Below are positions 10,838 through 21,787 of a stretch of 64,000 nt of DNA, piece after piece. The stretch spans positions 320,001 to 384,000 of the forward strand of contig JAHPZE010000001.1 in NCBI GenBank assembly GCA_019058365.1, read 5' to 3'. Origin of the DNA: Promethearchaeota archaeon (GTDB taxonomy: Archaea; Asgardarchaeota; Lokiarchaeia; Sigyniarchaeales; SOKP01). The position numbers and the translations under genes are program-made. Under the pieces are notes generated by a model. That model was not told where the DNA came from and did not search any database. It worked only from the letters and a program-made list of their open reading frames with translations. Each line of letters begins with the position of its first letter. Positions within the stretch are counted from its first letter, which is position 1.

Positions 10838-11089
10838 TTATCCTCCCTTTTTTATGGTATAGAGAACTTGTATTGAATCTACGGATAAAACAAGGATAAT
10901 AGTAGAAATTAGAGAAACGAGGATTCCAAATAACCAACTTGATTCTAAAGAATTATGTAAAAATATTCTATAATAATTAAAAAAAAATAGAAATGCAAAA
11001 TAAAAAACTAAAATGCTAATTAAAATCAACTTTTTGTATATTTGTTTATTATAACTTACAAATTTACTTAGAAAATCTTTAAAATTCAT
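10838..11089 (-). CDS. Small 2-TM hypothetical protein
   Basis: 83-aa ORF with two hydrophobic segments, co-oriented with neighbours. Confidence 0.45.
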   Translation of the reverse strand: MNFKDFLSKFVSYNKQIYKKLILISILVFYFAFLFFFNYYRIFLHNSLESSWLFGILVSLISTIILVLSVDSIQVLYTIKKGG

Positions 11090-11160
11090 TTATATCAAAT
11101 CTTTTTTTCTTAATTTCTTTTTAATCACATAACTTAAAAAATACTAATTTGATGTATTAT

Positions 11161-11628
11161 TCATTTATCTATTAAACTTTCATAAAATTCTTCCTTAATA
11201 GTAGATGATTCAATTCTATTCTTATTTTTATAATTATAATAACCACCAACGATTCCCCCAGTTAGTAACCCTATAATAATTGCTTCAATTAAATACAGCT
11301 CAAAAACTATTAGCAACATAAATAAAGAATATCTGAGTATTTCTGAAAAAACGAACCAATCAAATAACGTGAAACTTACTGCAGTTAGAACAGCCCCAAC
11401 TAAACTTACACCTATGCCTTGTATTATAAATGATTCATTTGATTTATTGTTTTTAAGAGCAAAACGTGAACCAATTATACACCCAATCATCATTTGTAGA
11501 TCGCCAAACCAGAAAATGCCAGAAGTAAAAATTATATATGAAATAAATGCAATTAAATCTGTAATTATCATTCCTGCAAGAATATTTTTTTTTCGAGCTT
11601 TTTTAGCTAAATCAGCAATGAAAGGCAT
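11161..11628 (-). CDS. Hypothetical 4-TM membrane protein
   Basis: 155-aa hydrophobic ORF downstream of the ABC ATPase. Confidence 0.65.
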   Translation of the reverse strand: MPFIADLAKKARKKNILAGMIITDLIAFISYIIFTSGIFWFGDLQMMIGCIIGSRFALKNNKSNESFIIQGIGVSLVGAVLTAVSFTLFDWFVFSEILRYSLFMLLIVFELYLIEAIIIGLLTGGIVGGYYNYKNKNRIESSTIKEEFYESLIDK

Positions 11629-11682
11629 AGAATTACCAAATTTTTTATGTGAATTATTTGTTGTTAATTTTTGTTATTATTC

Positions 11683-12783
11683 TTAATAATGAATTAAATT
11701 TATTTCCGTATTCTTGTCAAATATATGTATCTTCTCAGAAGGGAATGATATATATGCTTTATCACCCATTTTTGCGTCATAAAAACCGGGAGTAGATATC
11801 ATGCCGCTAATTTTATCAGAAAACTCAAATGTTACAATTGTTTCTGCTCCAAGAAATTCTATAACAGTTATCTCAACTTCATAAGATTGACTATGATGAT
11901 CTGGAGTAATAATGATGTGCTCAGGGCGAATTCCTAAAATTACATCACCCATGCCCTTACTTTTAAGTTTTATTAGTAAATCATTGGGTATTGGATATTC
12001 TTGTTTACCAAATTTTATTTTATCGTTACTTAATTTAGCATCCCAAAAATTCATAGTTGGTGATCCAATAAATCCTGCTACGAATTTATTGGTTGGTTTA
12101 TTATAGACTTCGCTGGGAGTACCAATCTGCTGAAAAACACCATCAAATAGGATAGCGATACGATCTGCCATAGACATTGCTTCTACTTGATCATGCGTGA
12201 CATAAACCTGAGTTATTTGTAGTTTTCGGTGTAATTTAATTATTTCACCTCTTGTTTGAATACGTAATTTTGCATCTAAATTACTCAATGGTTCATCAAA
12301 AAGAAAAACGGTTGGATTACGTACGATTGACCTACCCAGAGCAACTCGCTGACGTTGTCCTCCACTTAATTCTTTAGGTTTTCTATCCAATAATGTTGAT
12401 ATTTCTAGTAGGTGAGCAGCAGCCTCTACTCTTTTTTTTATCTCTTTTTTATTCATTTTTGACAATTTTAAAGCAAAACCCATATTTTCCCGAACATTCA
12501 TGTGAGGATATAATGCATAACTTTGGAAAACCATAGCTATCTTTCTTTCTTTCGGTGGAACATATGTAACATCTACATCGTCAAATAATACTCGTCCATC
12601 AGTTACATACTCTAATCCAGCTATAATATTTAAGCATGTGGATTTTCCACAACCTGAAGGCCCAACAAGTACGATAAATTCTTTATCTTTAATTTCAAGA
12701 TCAATATCCTTTAAAACATGGACATCGGGATTAAAAATTTTATTGACTTTCTCTAATTTTATTCTTACCATATTAATTATCAC
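11683..12783 (-). CDS. malK: Sugar ABC transporter ATPase (MalK/UgpC family)
   Basis: GPSGCGKST, VFQSYALYPHM, LSGGQRQRVALGR, DEPLSNLD, FVAGFIGSP and C-terminal TOBE. Confidence 0.93.
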   Translation of the reverse strand: MIINMVRIKLEKVNKIFNPDVHVLKDIDLEIKDKEFIVLVGPSGCGKSTCLNIIAGLEYVTDGRVLFDDVDVTYVPPKERKIAMVFQSYALYPHMNVRENMGFALKLSKMNKKEIKKRVEAAAHLLEISTLLDRKPKELSGGQRQRVALGRSIVRNPTVFLFDEPLSNLDAKLRIQTRGEIIKLHRKLQITQVYVTHDQVEAMSMADRIAILFDGVFQQIGTPSEVYNKPTNKFVAGFIGSPTMNFWDAKLSNDKIKFGKQEYPIPNDLLIKLKSKGMGDVILGIRPEHIIITPDHHSQSYEVEITVIEFLGAETIVTFEFSDKISGMISTPGFYDAKMGDKAYISFPSEKIHIFDKNTEINLIHY

Positions 12784-12789
12784 CTATCT

Positions 12790-14892
12790 TTAACCTTTTA
12801 CAGCACCTCTAGTCAACCCACTGATAATCTTCTTTTGAAAAATTAATACAACAATTATTAATGGAATAGTAGCTACTGAGGTTGCTGCCATTAGAGCAAT
12901 ATCTGTATTCCAAGGGCGGGTTATACTACCAGGATTTCGAACGAATTGCAATATGGCAAGAGGTATAGTATGATTACTTTCTGATGATTGGAGAAATACT
13001 TGAGCAAATAATAATTCATTCCAACAAGCAATAAAAACTAAAATAGCACAGGTAAAAATTCCAGGAATAGTTAATGGAAGAATAATTTTCCTGAAAATCT
13101 GAAAATTAGTTGCACCATCAACCTTTGCTGCTTTCCATAAGTCTTCTGGGATCTCCTTGAAGAATGCAATTAATATAAAAATTGCTAATGGTAAATTGAT
13201 TGCCGTATATGGAAGTATTAACCCATATAGTGTGTTTCGAATATCAAGCGGTGGGATTATACGTGAAATTGCAATTATCCATTGATAAAATGGTATAATG
13301 ATTATTAATGCAGGTAGACTATTCATAGAAAAAATAAATCCATTAAGCCCTCTTTTAAAGGGAAAGTTGAATTTAGCTATAGCATAGGCGATTAATGAGC
13401 CAACAATCAATATTAAGATTACTGTAGATCCAGCAAGGATTACACTATTTAAGAGAGCATGTGCAAAGTAACCTTGCTGTTCAAAAATAATTTGATACGC
13501 TCGCAAAGAAAAATATTTTGGGATCCACTCAAATTGAGTTTGTGTAATACCAGGAGCTCTAGTTGGATCTCTAAATGATTTTAAAAATATCCATAAAAAA
13601 GGTCCTGCACAGAAAAAAATCATGATTATGACAAGGAGAATAAATACAACCTTTTTTAAACGTCTTATATTAATATACCATTTAATTTTTGTTGTAGAAA
13701 TCGGTTTTAATTTTACTGATTCACCAATTAAATCTGTTAAATCTTGATCTAAACCAATTTTCTTTGGTAATGGTATTTTTTCTTTTGAATATTCCAATGG
13801 AATCTCTTTTTTTACCTGATCCTTTTTTTTAGAATTATTCCTTTTTAATCTAAGTTTTTTAAAAACATTTTTCAAAAATGGTGTCGAACTTGTACGTTTT
13901 TCTCTTTTTGTAAATAACAAAATAAAAAATGCAAAAATTATTATAAATAATAAGATCATGATAGAAACTGCAGAAGATAATCCATAATCAGTATTAGACC
14001 AGAAAAGGAATGATTGAACAGTCATTGAACGCACACTTTGATCATTAAAGACAACTACGGCATCGTAAACTCTAAGAGATTGCATCATTCGAAAAATTAA
14101 AGCAATACCTACCCCTGGCTTAATTAACGGCCATGTTATGTACCTAAATTTCTGCCATCCACTTGCTCCGGCTATATCTCCTGCTTTATATAGATCTTCA
14201 GGTACAATTTGTAGACTAGCTAGAATTAATAATGTTATAAATGGTGTTGTTTTCCATACATCAATCATAATTACTGAAAACATTGTCATTGTTATTTGTA
14301 CTTCGGAGATAAAAGGAGGAAAAGAGACCAAAACGGGTATGTTAAATAAAACAGGGGCAAGACCAGTACCATAAAAGTATACTGGGGTACCTCCAAATAA
14401 TTGAATTATACTATTAATTAAACCAAATTCTTGAACGCTATTTAAAATTTCAAACCTAAAAAGTGTCGCTGAGGCAACTGTAGGAATCGCCCAAGGAATT
14501 AGAAGAGTTGCTCTAGCAATACCCCTTCCTTTAAAATTTTTATTTAAAATCATAGCGAACACTAACCCTAATAAAAATTCTATAACAAGTGATACGATTG
14601 AAAAAAATAATGTCTGGTAAGTATATGTCCAAAAACTACGTGCATATACATTATTATATCCTATAAGCTGATAGTAATTAATTATTGTAAACCTTTTTCC
14701 AAAAGGATTACTTAAATTAAAATCAACTCTAAAACTAAGGAATATTCCTATAACTATAGGAATTAAAATAATAAGAGCAAATATTATCAATCCAGGAGTT
14801 AAGAGTGAAATAATAAATTTAGTATCTTTAGGTGGTTTTTTTTTTTCTAAATCTATTAAAATTTCAAATTTTTGAGTTGTAATTGTTTCCAT
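12790..14892 (-). CDS. Fused carbohydrate ABC permease (MalF-like + MalG-like)
   Basis: Two permease domains with EAA-type loops (LYKAGDIAGA, LWKAAKVDGA) joined by a Lys-rich linker; ends GLTRGAVKG. Confidence 0.88.
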   Translation of the reverse strand: METITTQKFEILIDLEKKKPPKDTKFIISLLTPGLIIFALIILIPIVIGIFLSFRVDFNLSNPFGKRFTIINYYQLIGYNNVYARSFWTYTYQTLFFSIVSLVIEFLLGLVFAMILNKNFKGRGIARATLLIPWAIPTVASATLFRFEILNSVQEFGLINSIIQLFGGTPVYFYGTGLAPVLFNIPVLVSFPPFISEVQITMTMFSVIMIDVWKTTPFITLLILASLQIVPEDLYKAGDIAGASGWQKFRYITWPLIKPGVGIALIFRMMQSLRVYDAVVVFNDQSVRSMTVQSFLFWSNTDYGLSSAVSIMILLFIIIFAFFILLFTKREKRTSSTPFLKNVFKKLRLKRNNSKKKDQVKKEIPLEYSKEKIPLPKKIGLDQDLTDLIGESVKLKPISTTKIKWYINIRRLKKVVFILLVIIMIFFCAGPFLWIFLKSFRDPTRAPGITQTQFEWIPKYFSLRAYQIIFEQQGYFAHALLNSVILAGSTVILILIVGSLIAYAIAKFNFPFKRGLNGFIFSMNSLPALIIIIPFYQWIIAISRIIPPLDIRNTLYGLILPYTAINLPLAIFILIAFFKEIPEDLWKAAKVDGATNFQIFRKIILPLTIPGIFTCAILVFIACWNELLFAQVFLQSSESNHTIPLAILQFVRNPGSITRPWNTDIALMAATSVATIPLIIVVLIFQKKIISGLTRGAVKG

Positions 14893-14962
14893 TTTCCATT
14901 CTCCATCTCAATAATTCAAATAATTCTAAAAATAAAAAAAAAGAAGTTAGACCTTTAAAAAT

Positions 14963-16435
14963 TTAGTGTAATTTTTTTCGCATAATAATAACAGTCCCTG
15001 CAGCAAAAGCAACGGCTAATAGAACAACAGCAATACTATATCCAGGAATAGGTGGTTGAGATGGTCCAGAGATTATTTCTTGTACATCTCGCTGCATTTC
15101 CGTTAAAGCAGTATCAACACTCTTTACACCACTTGTTAAATCACTGAAATAATCTGCAATTGTACTAGAAATCAGAGGATAATCAGGATGTACCGGTCTG
15201 GATAATGTTAATGCTGCTTGTGCTGACCAATTTTGAATCCATTCAAAACCAGTAGGGGGATTTGCATATACAGATAGCAAAGCTGGAAAGTTTCCTTCCG
15301 GTTGGAGAGTTGAGGGGTCAATGGCTGTTAATTCAGCCTCTTGTGCATCTTTCATGCCTAAAAATTTAGTAAAATTAATTGCAGCTTCTCTAGCAACACC
15401 AACTGTAGCTGTAGGAACTGCCATAATAGCACCACCTATTGCTGATGTTTTATATCCTGTAGCTCCTGCAAAATGGGGTAATGGTGCAATACCAAAGTCC
15501 ATATTATTACCTTCTGACAAAGAATAAATATAAGGCCATTGTCGTAAAAATATTGAATTATTAGCTAACCAGATATTTCCTGAAGATGCTTCGTCCGTCT
15601 TAAGAGCATAACGTGGAATAATATAATCTGACCCTTGAACTCCACCATATATAGGAGCAACTAATGATGCAAGAAAAGTCATTGCTTTATTTACAGCTGC
15701 AGTATCAATATTAACTTCCCCAGTGCTTGTAACCACATCTAAAGCACCATTGCTTCCACACCATTCAAAAAAATTGACTACTCCACCTTCATAAGCATCA
15801 AGTTGACCAACATATCCCACTAAATCCGGATTATCAAGTGTACCCGATACATTATTAAGGATATAATTAGCTGTAGCGTTAAGTTCTTCCCATGTATCAA
15901 AATCTGCTTCCGTAAACCCATTAAGATCCATCAGATCTTTTCTATAGTACAATACACCTAAATTCATAAAATAAGGATATGCATAATAACTACCTTTATA
16001 TTGACAGGAAGCAACAATACCAGAACCAAAAGCACTTAAACCACTAACATTTATATCATCATCAAGCTTAATTATCCATCCATTGTCTGCAAATGGAGCT
16101 GTCCAAACTGTATCTATTGCAATAACATCAGATGTTAAAGTTCCACCCTGCAAGTCAGTCTGTAACGTTGTTAATTGGAGATCAGCTGTTGATCCGGAAG
16201 ATTTAACAACTACGGAATCTACTCCATAACCTAAATCAGACGCTAAGAAAGCAGCTGTGACAGCTTCAACTCCAGGTTTTTGTTGGTCTCCTAACATGGT
16301 TACTGTCAAGGTTACTCCTGCCGATGGTTTTGGTGCTGGAGATGCACTAACTGGCAAGAGAAATACTGGTATTGAAAGGACCATTAAAAATGCGAATAAG
16401 CCAACTAAGGCTGTTTTATTAATCTTTTTTAACAC
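14963..16435 (-). CDS. Sugar (trehalose/maltose-type) ABC substrate-binding protein with C-terminal IPGY-TM anchor
   Basis: Signal peptide, D..W..FADNGW, GVLYYRKDL, FLRQWPY, RPVHPDY; C-terminus PPIPGY + TM + basic tail. Confidence 0.88.
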   Translation of the reverse strand: MLKKINKTALVGLFAFLMVLSIPVFLLPVSASPAPKPSAGVTLTVTMLGDQQKPGVEAVTAAFLASDLGYGVDSVVVKSSGSTADLQLTTLQTDLQGGTLTSDVIAIDTVWTAPFADNGWIIKLDDDINVSGLSAFGSGIVASCQYKGSYYAYPYFMNLGVLYYRKDLMDLNGFTEADFDTWEELNATANYILNNVSGTLDNPDLVGYVGQLDAYEGGVVNFFEWCGSNGALDVVTSTGEVNIDTAAVNKAMTFLASLVAPIYGGVQGSDYIIPRYALKTDEASSGNIWLANNSIFLRQWPYIYSLSEGNNMDFGIAPLPHFAGATGYKTSAIGGAIMAVPTATVGVAREAAINFTKFLGMKDAQEAELTAIDPSTLQPEGNFPALLSVYANPPTGFEWIQNWSAQAALTLSRPVHPDYPLISSTIADYFSDLTSGVKSVDTALTEMQRDVQEIISGPSQPPIPGYSIAVVLLAVAFAAGTVIIMRKKLH

Positions 16436-16598
16436 AATATACGCCTTTTTTTTTTAATTTTTTTTATATAATATTTTAGTCCTAATTTTTTCCTTTTGGG
16501 AAAAAATTAAAAGAAATTATTACATATTAGCTTATAAATATTATGTTTATAATAAGAAAGAATAATATTTGAATATAGATTGAAAGAAGATTATACAT

Positions 16599-17819
16599 AT
16601 GAAAGTTACTTCTGAATCACTATTAGTTCGTTATTCTACACTATTAGGAAAGACAGAAATAAAAAGGCTCCAAGATAAAGCAAAAAATTATGCTGAGAAG
16701 GATATTCTCAATATAAATGCTACAAAATTTGGTGGAGGAGTTGCTGAAATTCTGCAAAATATGATTCCCTTAATGCAAGAATTAAAAATTAATGCTCAAT
16801 GGAAAGTTTTTACTGCTCCTGATAGTTTTTTTGAAATCTCAAAGAAAATGCATAATGCCTTACAAGGTAATATGGAAATACAATTTAGTGATAATGAAAT
16901 TTCCATATACACTTCACAAGCTAAATCTATATATGAACAAATCCAACCCAAAGGAGATTTTATAATAATTCATGATCCTCAACCATGTCCAATTATAAAT
17001 TTTAAGGAGAAAAAAGAAGGGAAATGGATTTGGCGGTGCCATATTGATACATCAAATCCGAATCCTCAAGCATGGAATTTAATAGCAGAATATCTACCTA
17101 AATATGATGCTCTTGTCTTCACAAAAGAAGAATATGCAAAAAAGGGGATTAAAAATCTCATATATCCTATAACTCCTTCTATTGATCCATTTTCTGAGAA
17201 AAACAAAGAATTAGATCTTAAATCTGCTAGAGAAATCGTTAAAAAATTTATCCCTTTAGATAAACCATTGATCACTCAAGTTTCTAGATTTGACCCTTGG
17301 AAAGATCCATTAGGAGTAATTGATGCTTATAGAATTGTTAAAGCAAAAATTCCTATAAGATTAGCATTAATTGGCAGTTTAGCTCATGATGATCCTGAGG
17401 GGCAAGAATGGCTAGAAAAAGTTAAAAACTATGCAAATGATGATCCGGATATTCATATCTTATCGAATTTAGATGGAGTAGCGGATTTAGAAGTAAATGC
17501 ATTTCAACGTATATCTAATGTAGTTTTACAGAAATCGATAAGAGAGGGATTTGGAATGACAGTAACAGAGGCACTTTGGAAAGAAACACCTGTTATAGGA
17601 GGAAATGTGGGAGGTATAAAACTACAAATTGAGAATGGAATTAATGGCTTTTTAGTAAATTCTATAGAGGAAACGGCTGAGAGAGTGATATATCTTTTAA
17701 ATAATCCTAAAATCTTAAAAGAAATGGGAAAAAAAGGGCATGAGAAAGTAAAAAGAGAGTTCCTTTTAACAAAACATGTTGAAAATTATTTAGATTTATT
17801 TTCAGTCTTATTGAAATGA
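16599..17819 (+). CDS. treT: Trehalose glycosyltransferring synthase TreT (GT4)
   Basis: GGGVAEIL, IHDPQP, WRCHID, SRFDPWKDP and QKSIREGFGMTVTEALWK; adjacent to sugar ABC operon. Confidence 0.88.
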   Translation: MKVTSESLLVRYSTLLGKTEIKRLQDKAKNYAEKDILNINATKFGGGVAEILQNMIPLMQELKINAQWKVFTAPDSFFEISKKMHNALQGNMEIQFSDNEISIYTSQAKSIYEQIQPKGDFIIIHDPQPCPIINFKEKKEGKWIWRCHIDTSNPNPQAWNLIAEYLPKYDALVFTKEEYAKKGIKNLIYPITPSIDPFSEKNKELDLKSAREIVKKFIPLDKPLITQVSRFDPWKDPLGVIDAYRIVKAKIPIRLALIGSLAHDDPEGQEWLEKVKNYANDDPDIHILSNLDGVADLEVNAFQRISNVVLQKSIREGFGMTVTEALWKETPVIGGNVGGIKLQIENGINGFLVNSIEETAERVIYLLNNPKILKEMGKKGHEKVKREFLLTKHVENYLDLFSVLLK

Positions 17820-17947
17820 AATAAACCAGGGGAAACGAGAAAAATATGGAATTTAATCCTTAAAATCAAAATAGGTTTATATTCATTTTTCTCATGAAGA
17901 CCTTTTAAATAAATCTAAATTTTATAAATCTAAAAATAATACTGGTT

Positions 17948-18313
17948 TCAAAACCATTCGGTCGCATCTGCTTCTAATACCAAATCATTTAAGGTTGCAG
18001 CTCCAACAATTTTAACTCCTGGTATTAAATCCACTTTTTCCCAACCTAGCATTCGTTTAGATGCTTCACAAACTAAAATTTCAATACCCATGCTAAGAGT
18101 TTTATCAATCATTTCCTTTACACTTGGAAAACCACCCAACTTAATTTTTTCAGCTTCTCCGGTTTTTAAAATTCTTAATCCTGTGCCCAAATAGTATACT
18201 ATAGCTTTAATGTTCATGGCTTTTGCTGTTTGAGCTAACACTAATGGAGAATATTGACGTTCTGGGTCATGTGAGGTTTGTACATATAAAATTGTTTTTT
18301 CTTTTTCAGTTAT
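17948..18313 (-). CDS. DsrE/DsrF-like protein (probable ATA start at 18313)
   Basis: Upstream frame gives ITEKEKTILYVQTSHDPERQYSPLVLA; LVCEAS and IVGAATL motifs; SD GAGGTGA contains an in-frame TGA. Confidence 0.75.
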   Translation of the reverse strand: MTEKEKTILYVQTSHDPERQYSPLVLAQTAKAMNIKAIVYYLGTGLRILKTGEAEKIKLGGFPSVKEMIDKTLSMGIEILVCEASKRMLGWEKVDLIPGVKIVGAATLNDLVLEADATEWF

Positions 18314-18557
18314 AATTACTCACCTCTGAGTTTTTAAAAGATTTTATTTTATAAGAAATTTATTTTTTTCTAATAATGCTATAGTCAATTGCTAAACGAA
18401 ATTAATAAATCTCCCTTTTATAATTCAGAAAAAAAGTTAAAATTTTACGAAATAATTATAATATTATTGAACCTAATAAATATTCCTATTTAACTTCGAA
18501 ATTTCTTATAATATAACAACTGTTGGATGAGCAGTCTATAAAATCTTACCTATTATA

Positions 18558-19619
18558 CTATGCTTCTGGAATTAAAATATTAAATTTGCTTCCTTGAGAA
18601 AAATCTCCGGATATTTTGTCTTCAACCCAGATTTTTCCATTATATTTTGCTATTATTTTATTAACAATTGATAAACCAAAACCCATTCCTTTAGAATATT
18701 TATCTTTATTTAATTTTCTCTTAAATATAATTTCTTTCCTTTCATCGGGTATTCCAATACCATTATCAATAATTTCAATTTTTATATAATTTATTCCATT
18801 ACTAATCTTCCTTGAAATATTTACATTAATTTCCACATTAGGATTATCATTATATTTTACACTATTAATTATTATATTCTCAAACATATCTAATAAGAGC
18901 TCATTCGCTATTACCCATATCTTTTTATCTGGAGTATCTATTGAGATTGATAATTCTCTATCAAGTATACTTCTTTGAAGAAATGTAATTGCCTCTTCAA
19001 GAATTCTATTTACATCTACATTTTCTAAATACATTTCAGAATCCTCTAAATTCGCAAGCTGTTGTGCATTTGAAACTAGCCTCATGCCTCTAAAACCTTG
19101 ATCTCTTATTATATCTATTAACATATCCAAGTCCTTCGCATTTTTACCATTTTTTCTATATAATGAGTAGAGTTCTGTTGCTGATTTAATATGCTGAATT
19201 ATATTGTTAATATCATGAGTCAGAAGGTCTCTATAAAAGATTAAATCCTCGTATGCTTTATTTAGTTCTTCAGTCTTGGAGATTTCTTCGCTTAAAAAGC
19301 TTATTATAATACCTATAATTATAAGAAATAATGCACGGAGGAGGTTATCTATGTTATATAAAGTTAATATATCCATTCCAAATAAAAAAGGAAAGAAAAT
19401 CAGTGAAATTGCTAGAAATATAGGAACAATTAAACCTTTTTTTTTCCACCAAAGACATGCTAGAATTGTTGGAATATAAAAGAAATGTGAAAAAACTACA
19501 TTAGTATTATGAATTACCTGAAACAAATAATTTAGGAGAGACGAAATAATTAAGAAAAAAGTTAGAATAACCAATTTTAATTTATTTAAATATTTTTCAA
19601 ACTGTGTTTTTATAATCAT
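18558..19619 (-). CDS. Membrane sensor histidine kinase
   Basis: N-terminal TM domain (SHFFYIPTILACLWW), HDINN, DNGIGI and GMGFGL. Confidence 0.88.
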   Translation of the reverse strand: MIIKTQFEKYLNKLKLVILTFFLIISSLLNYLFQVIHNTNVVFSHFFYIPTILACLWWKKKGLIVPIFLAISLIFFPFLFGMDILTLYNIDNLLRALFLIIIGIIISFLSEEISKTEELNKAYEDLIFYRDLLTHDINNIIQHIKSATELYSLYRKNGKNAKDLDMLIDIIRDQGFRGMRLVSNAQQLANLEDSEMYLENVDVNRILEEAITFLQRSILDRELSISIDTPDKKIWVIANELLLDMFENIIINSVKYNDNPNVEINVNISRKISNGINYIKIEIIDNGIGIPDERKEIIFKRKLNKDKYSKGMGFGLSIVNKIIAKYNGKIWVEDKISGDFSQGSKFNILIPEA

Positions 19620-19718
19620 CTCAATAAACCATTATTTTTTTAAGACTATTTACATATAACCTTCTTTCTATATCACTTTGCGTACTTGTTTATTTATCTA
19701 ATTTTATTAATCTCATTT

Positions 19719-21032
19719 TTAATGCGTTGCACATGATATGCAAGGATCAAAGGCTCTAATTATCCTCTGAACACTATTTTTCACTAAATTAATATCTCCT
19801 GTTCTTTCAAATAATACTTTTGCATAATTCGTAATCATTTCATTTATTAGTGGAATATTAAACTCAGTTGCTACAAATAATTTTATACGATCAATAGAAT
19901 TATGATTATTTACATAATAATGATGTAAAAGTGTCCCTCTGGGGGCCTCAATAACACCGATCCCATCAATTTTTTTTACGGAGTTCAGAGAGGAGATTTC
20001 TTGTTTAACAGTTAAATTATGATCATCTAAAATTTGTATACTCTGGACACTTTCTATATACATTTCTAATAATCTAATAAAATTAGCAAATAGAATATTA
20101 TTTTTCCATGGTTTATCAAAATATTCTAGATAAGTCTGAATTTCATCTGTACCATAATTCTCGTTAATATTGTATCTGGTTAAAGGTCCTACTATAACAT
20201 TTTTTTTATTATCAAAGTAAAAGTCTATTCCACGTAATTCAGGCTCCTTTCCAAAATAGGAAGAATAATTCTGCTTTTCAAATTCTATCATATTTCTATT
20301 AGTTTCTTTCAATGATAACCTACCTGAATATCGATTATAATTTCTTAAATTCGAGAGACCGAGATAAATGAGATTTGGAGCATCGAATTCTTTAGGTGGT
20401 AATTGATGAGAAAATAATTCAATAAATTTTTCAATGATCCATTCCAAACTGATTAAAGCATTTTGAAATCTTTTTTTAGCTATTGATATATCCTTTTTGG
20501 AAGGAGAGTAAATAATTCCTCCAGGAATAAGTGAAATTAAATGAATTGATCTACCCCCAAACAAATTATTAATTTCATTTCCAATTTTAATTAGTTCATA
20601 TATATTTGAAGTTATTTGAGGGTCGTAATTAATTAAATCATAAGCAGTTGTAGTTTTCTGACTAATATTAAAAATATTTAATAGATCTGGTAATGTTTGG
20701 AAAAAGAAACTCATAGAATGTGATTTGATTAATTCTCCAGTCATTAAAATGCGCCTTAAGAGTTTTGCTTGTTCTGAAACCTTAATATTATATATATCCT
20801 CAATTGCTTTACAACTCGCGATTGCTTGAGAAGCATAACATAATCCACATATCCTAGGAACTATTTTTGGAATATCTAATAATTTCTTTCCAATTAAGAA
20901 ATTTTCAAAACCTCTATAAATTTTAAATTCAAAATTTACTAACGAAATTTCATCATTTTGAACTAAAATTTTTATTTCCCCATGCCCTTCAACACGTTTA
21001 CAAACATCAATGACTTTTAACATTTTTTTCAC
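19719..21032 (-). CDS. mvhA: Group 3 [NiFe]-hydrogenase large subunit (MvhA/HydA-like), ending at the terminal His
   Basis: RVEGHG, RGFE, L1 motif RICGLC, EAPRG.L.HHY, L2 motif DPCISCATH-stop. Confidence 0.85.
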   Translation of the reverse strand: MKKMLKVIDVCKRVEGHGEIKILVQNDEISLVNFEFKIYRGFENFLIGKKLLDIPKIVPRICGLCYASQAIASCKAIEDIYNIKVSEQAKLLRRILMTGELIKSHSMSFFFQTLPDLLNIFNISQKTTTAYDLINYDPQITSNIYELIKIGNEINNLFGGRSIHLISLIPGGIIYSPSKKDISIAKKRFQNALISLEWIIEKFIELFSHQLPPKEFDAPNLIYLGLSNLRNYNRYSGRLSLKETNRNMIEFEKQNYSSYFGKEPELRGIDFYFDNKKNVIVGPLTRYNINENYGTDEIQTYLEYFDKPWKNNILFANFIRLLEMYIESVQSIQILDDHNLTVKQEISSLNSVKKIDGIGVIEAPRGTLLHHYYVNNHNSIDRIKLFVATEFNIPLINEMITNYAKVLFERTGDINLVKNSVQRIIRAFDPCISCATH

Positions 21033-21787
21033 CCTTCCAATTTTGGTTTCGAGAATCGGTAAAAAATACCAGTGTAGTTTTTGAGTTCTTCAGATAAATT
21101 TATTAAACTCAAATAGTTAACAAGGTTAGAAGTAAAATCTTTTGATACTGGTCCTATACATCCTTCACAGGGAAGTCCCATCTTAATACACATATGTTCA
21201 CACCCATCTCGTATAATAGGTCCTAAACATAAAATACCCTTTGCTAAAAAACATTCAGAGTTTTCCTCATCAAGTTTAATCTCTTCTGGATTTGGTGTAA
21301 TTTTTGAGATATTTATATTTGAATTTATTTCCATGTTCCCTCTTAATGGGCAACTACCACACATATTTTTTTCAGAGAGTTCTATTTCTTTATTTTCAAC
21401 CAATCTAATTAGACAATTACCAAAAAGTTTCATAGGTGGTGGACAACCTGGAATGATACCATCAATTTCAATATATCTTGAAATTGGTTCTGTCATTTTT
21501 ATATCTGATAGGCTTAAAATTCCTCCAAAACAAGCACAAGTTCCTAATGCATATATTTTTTTAGCTTGTTTTCGGATTTTTCGAAGGATAGGTATTTGAT
21601 CATCTTCAGAAACACATCCTTCAATTAAACAAACATCACAATCTTCAATATCCATTACATCGGAAATAAATTGAAAGTAAATTACTTTAGTACGTTCAAG
21701 GAATTGTGGAAAAATATCTAACGATATAAGAGAAGAGATGCATCCACTACAAGATGTTAAAGATATTATTGCAAATTTACGTTTCAA
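21029..21787 (-). CDS. mvhG: [NiFe]-hydrogenase small subunit (MvhG/HydD-like)
   Basis: SCSGC, EGCV, GTCACFGG, PGCPP and Cys-rich C-terminus; TTG at 21787 follows GAGGAGG and overlaps the upstream stop. Confidence 0.85.
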   Translation of the reverse strand: MKRKFAIISLTSCSGCISSLISLDIFPQFLERTKVIYFQFISDVMDIEDCDVCLIEGCVSEDDQIPILRKIRKQAKKIYALGTCACFGGILSLSDIKMTEPISRYIEIDGIIPGCPPPMKLFGNCLIRLVENKEIELSEKNMCGSCPLRGNMEINSNINISKITPNPEEIKLDEENSECFLAKGILCLGPIIRDGCEHMCIKMGLPCEGCIGPVSKDFTSNLVNYLSLINLSEELKNYTGIFYRFSKPKLEG

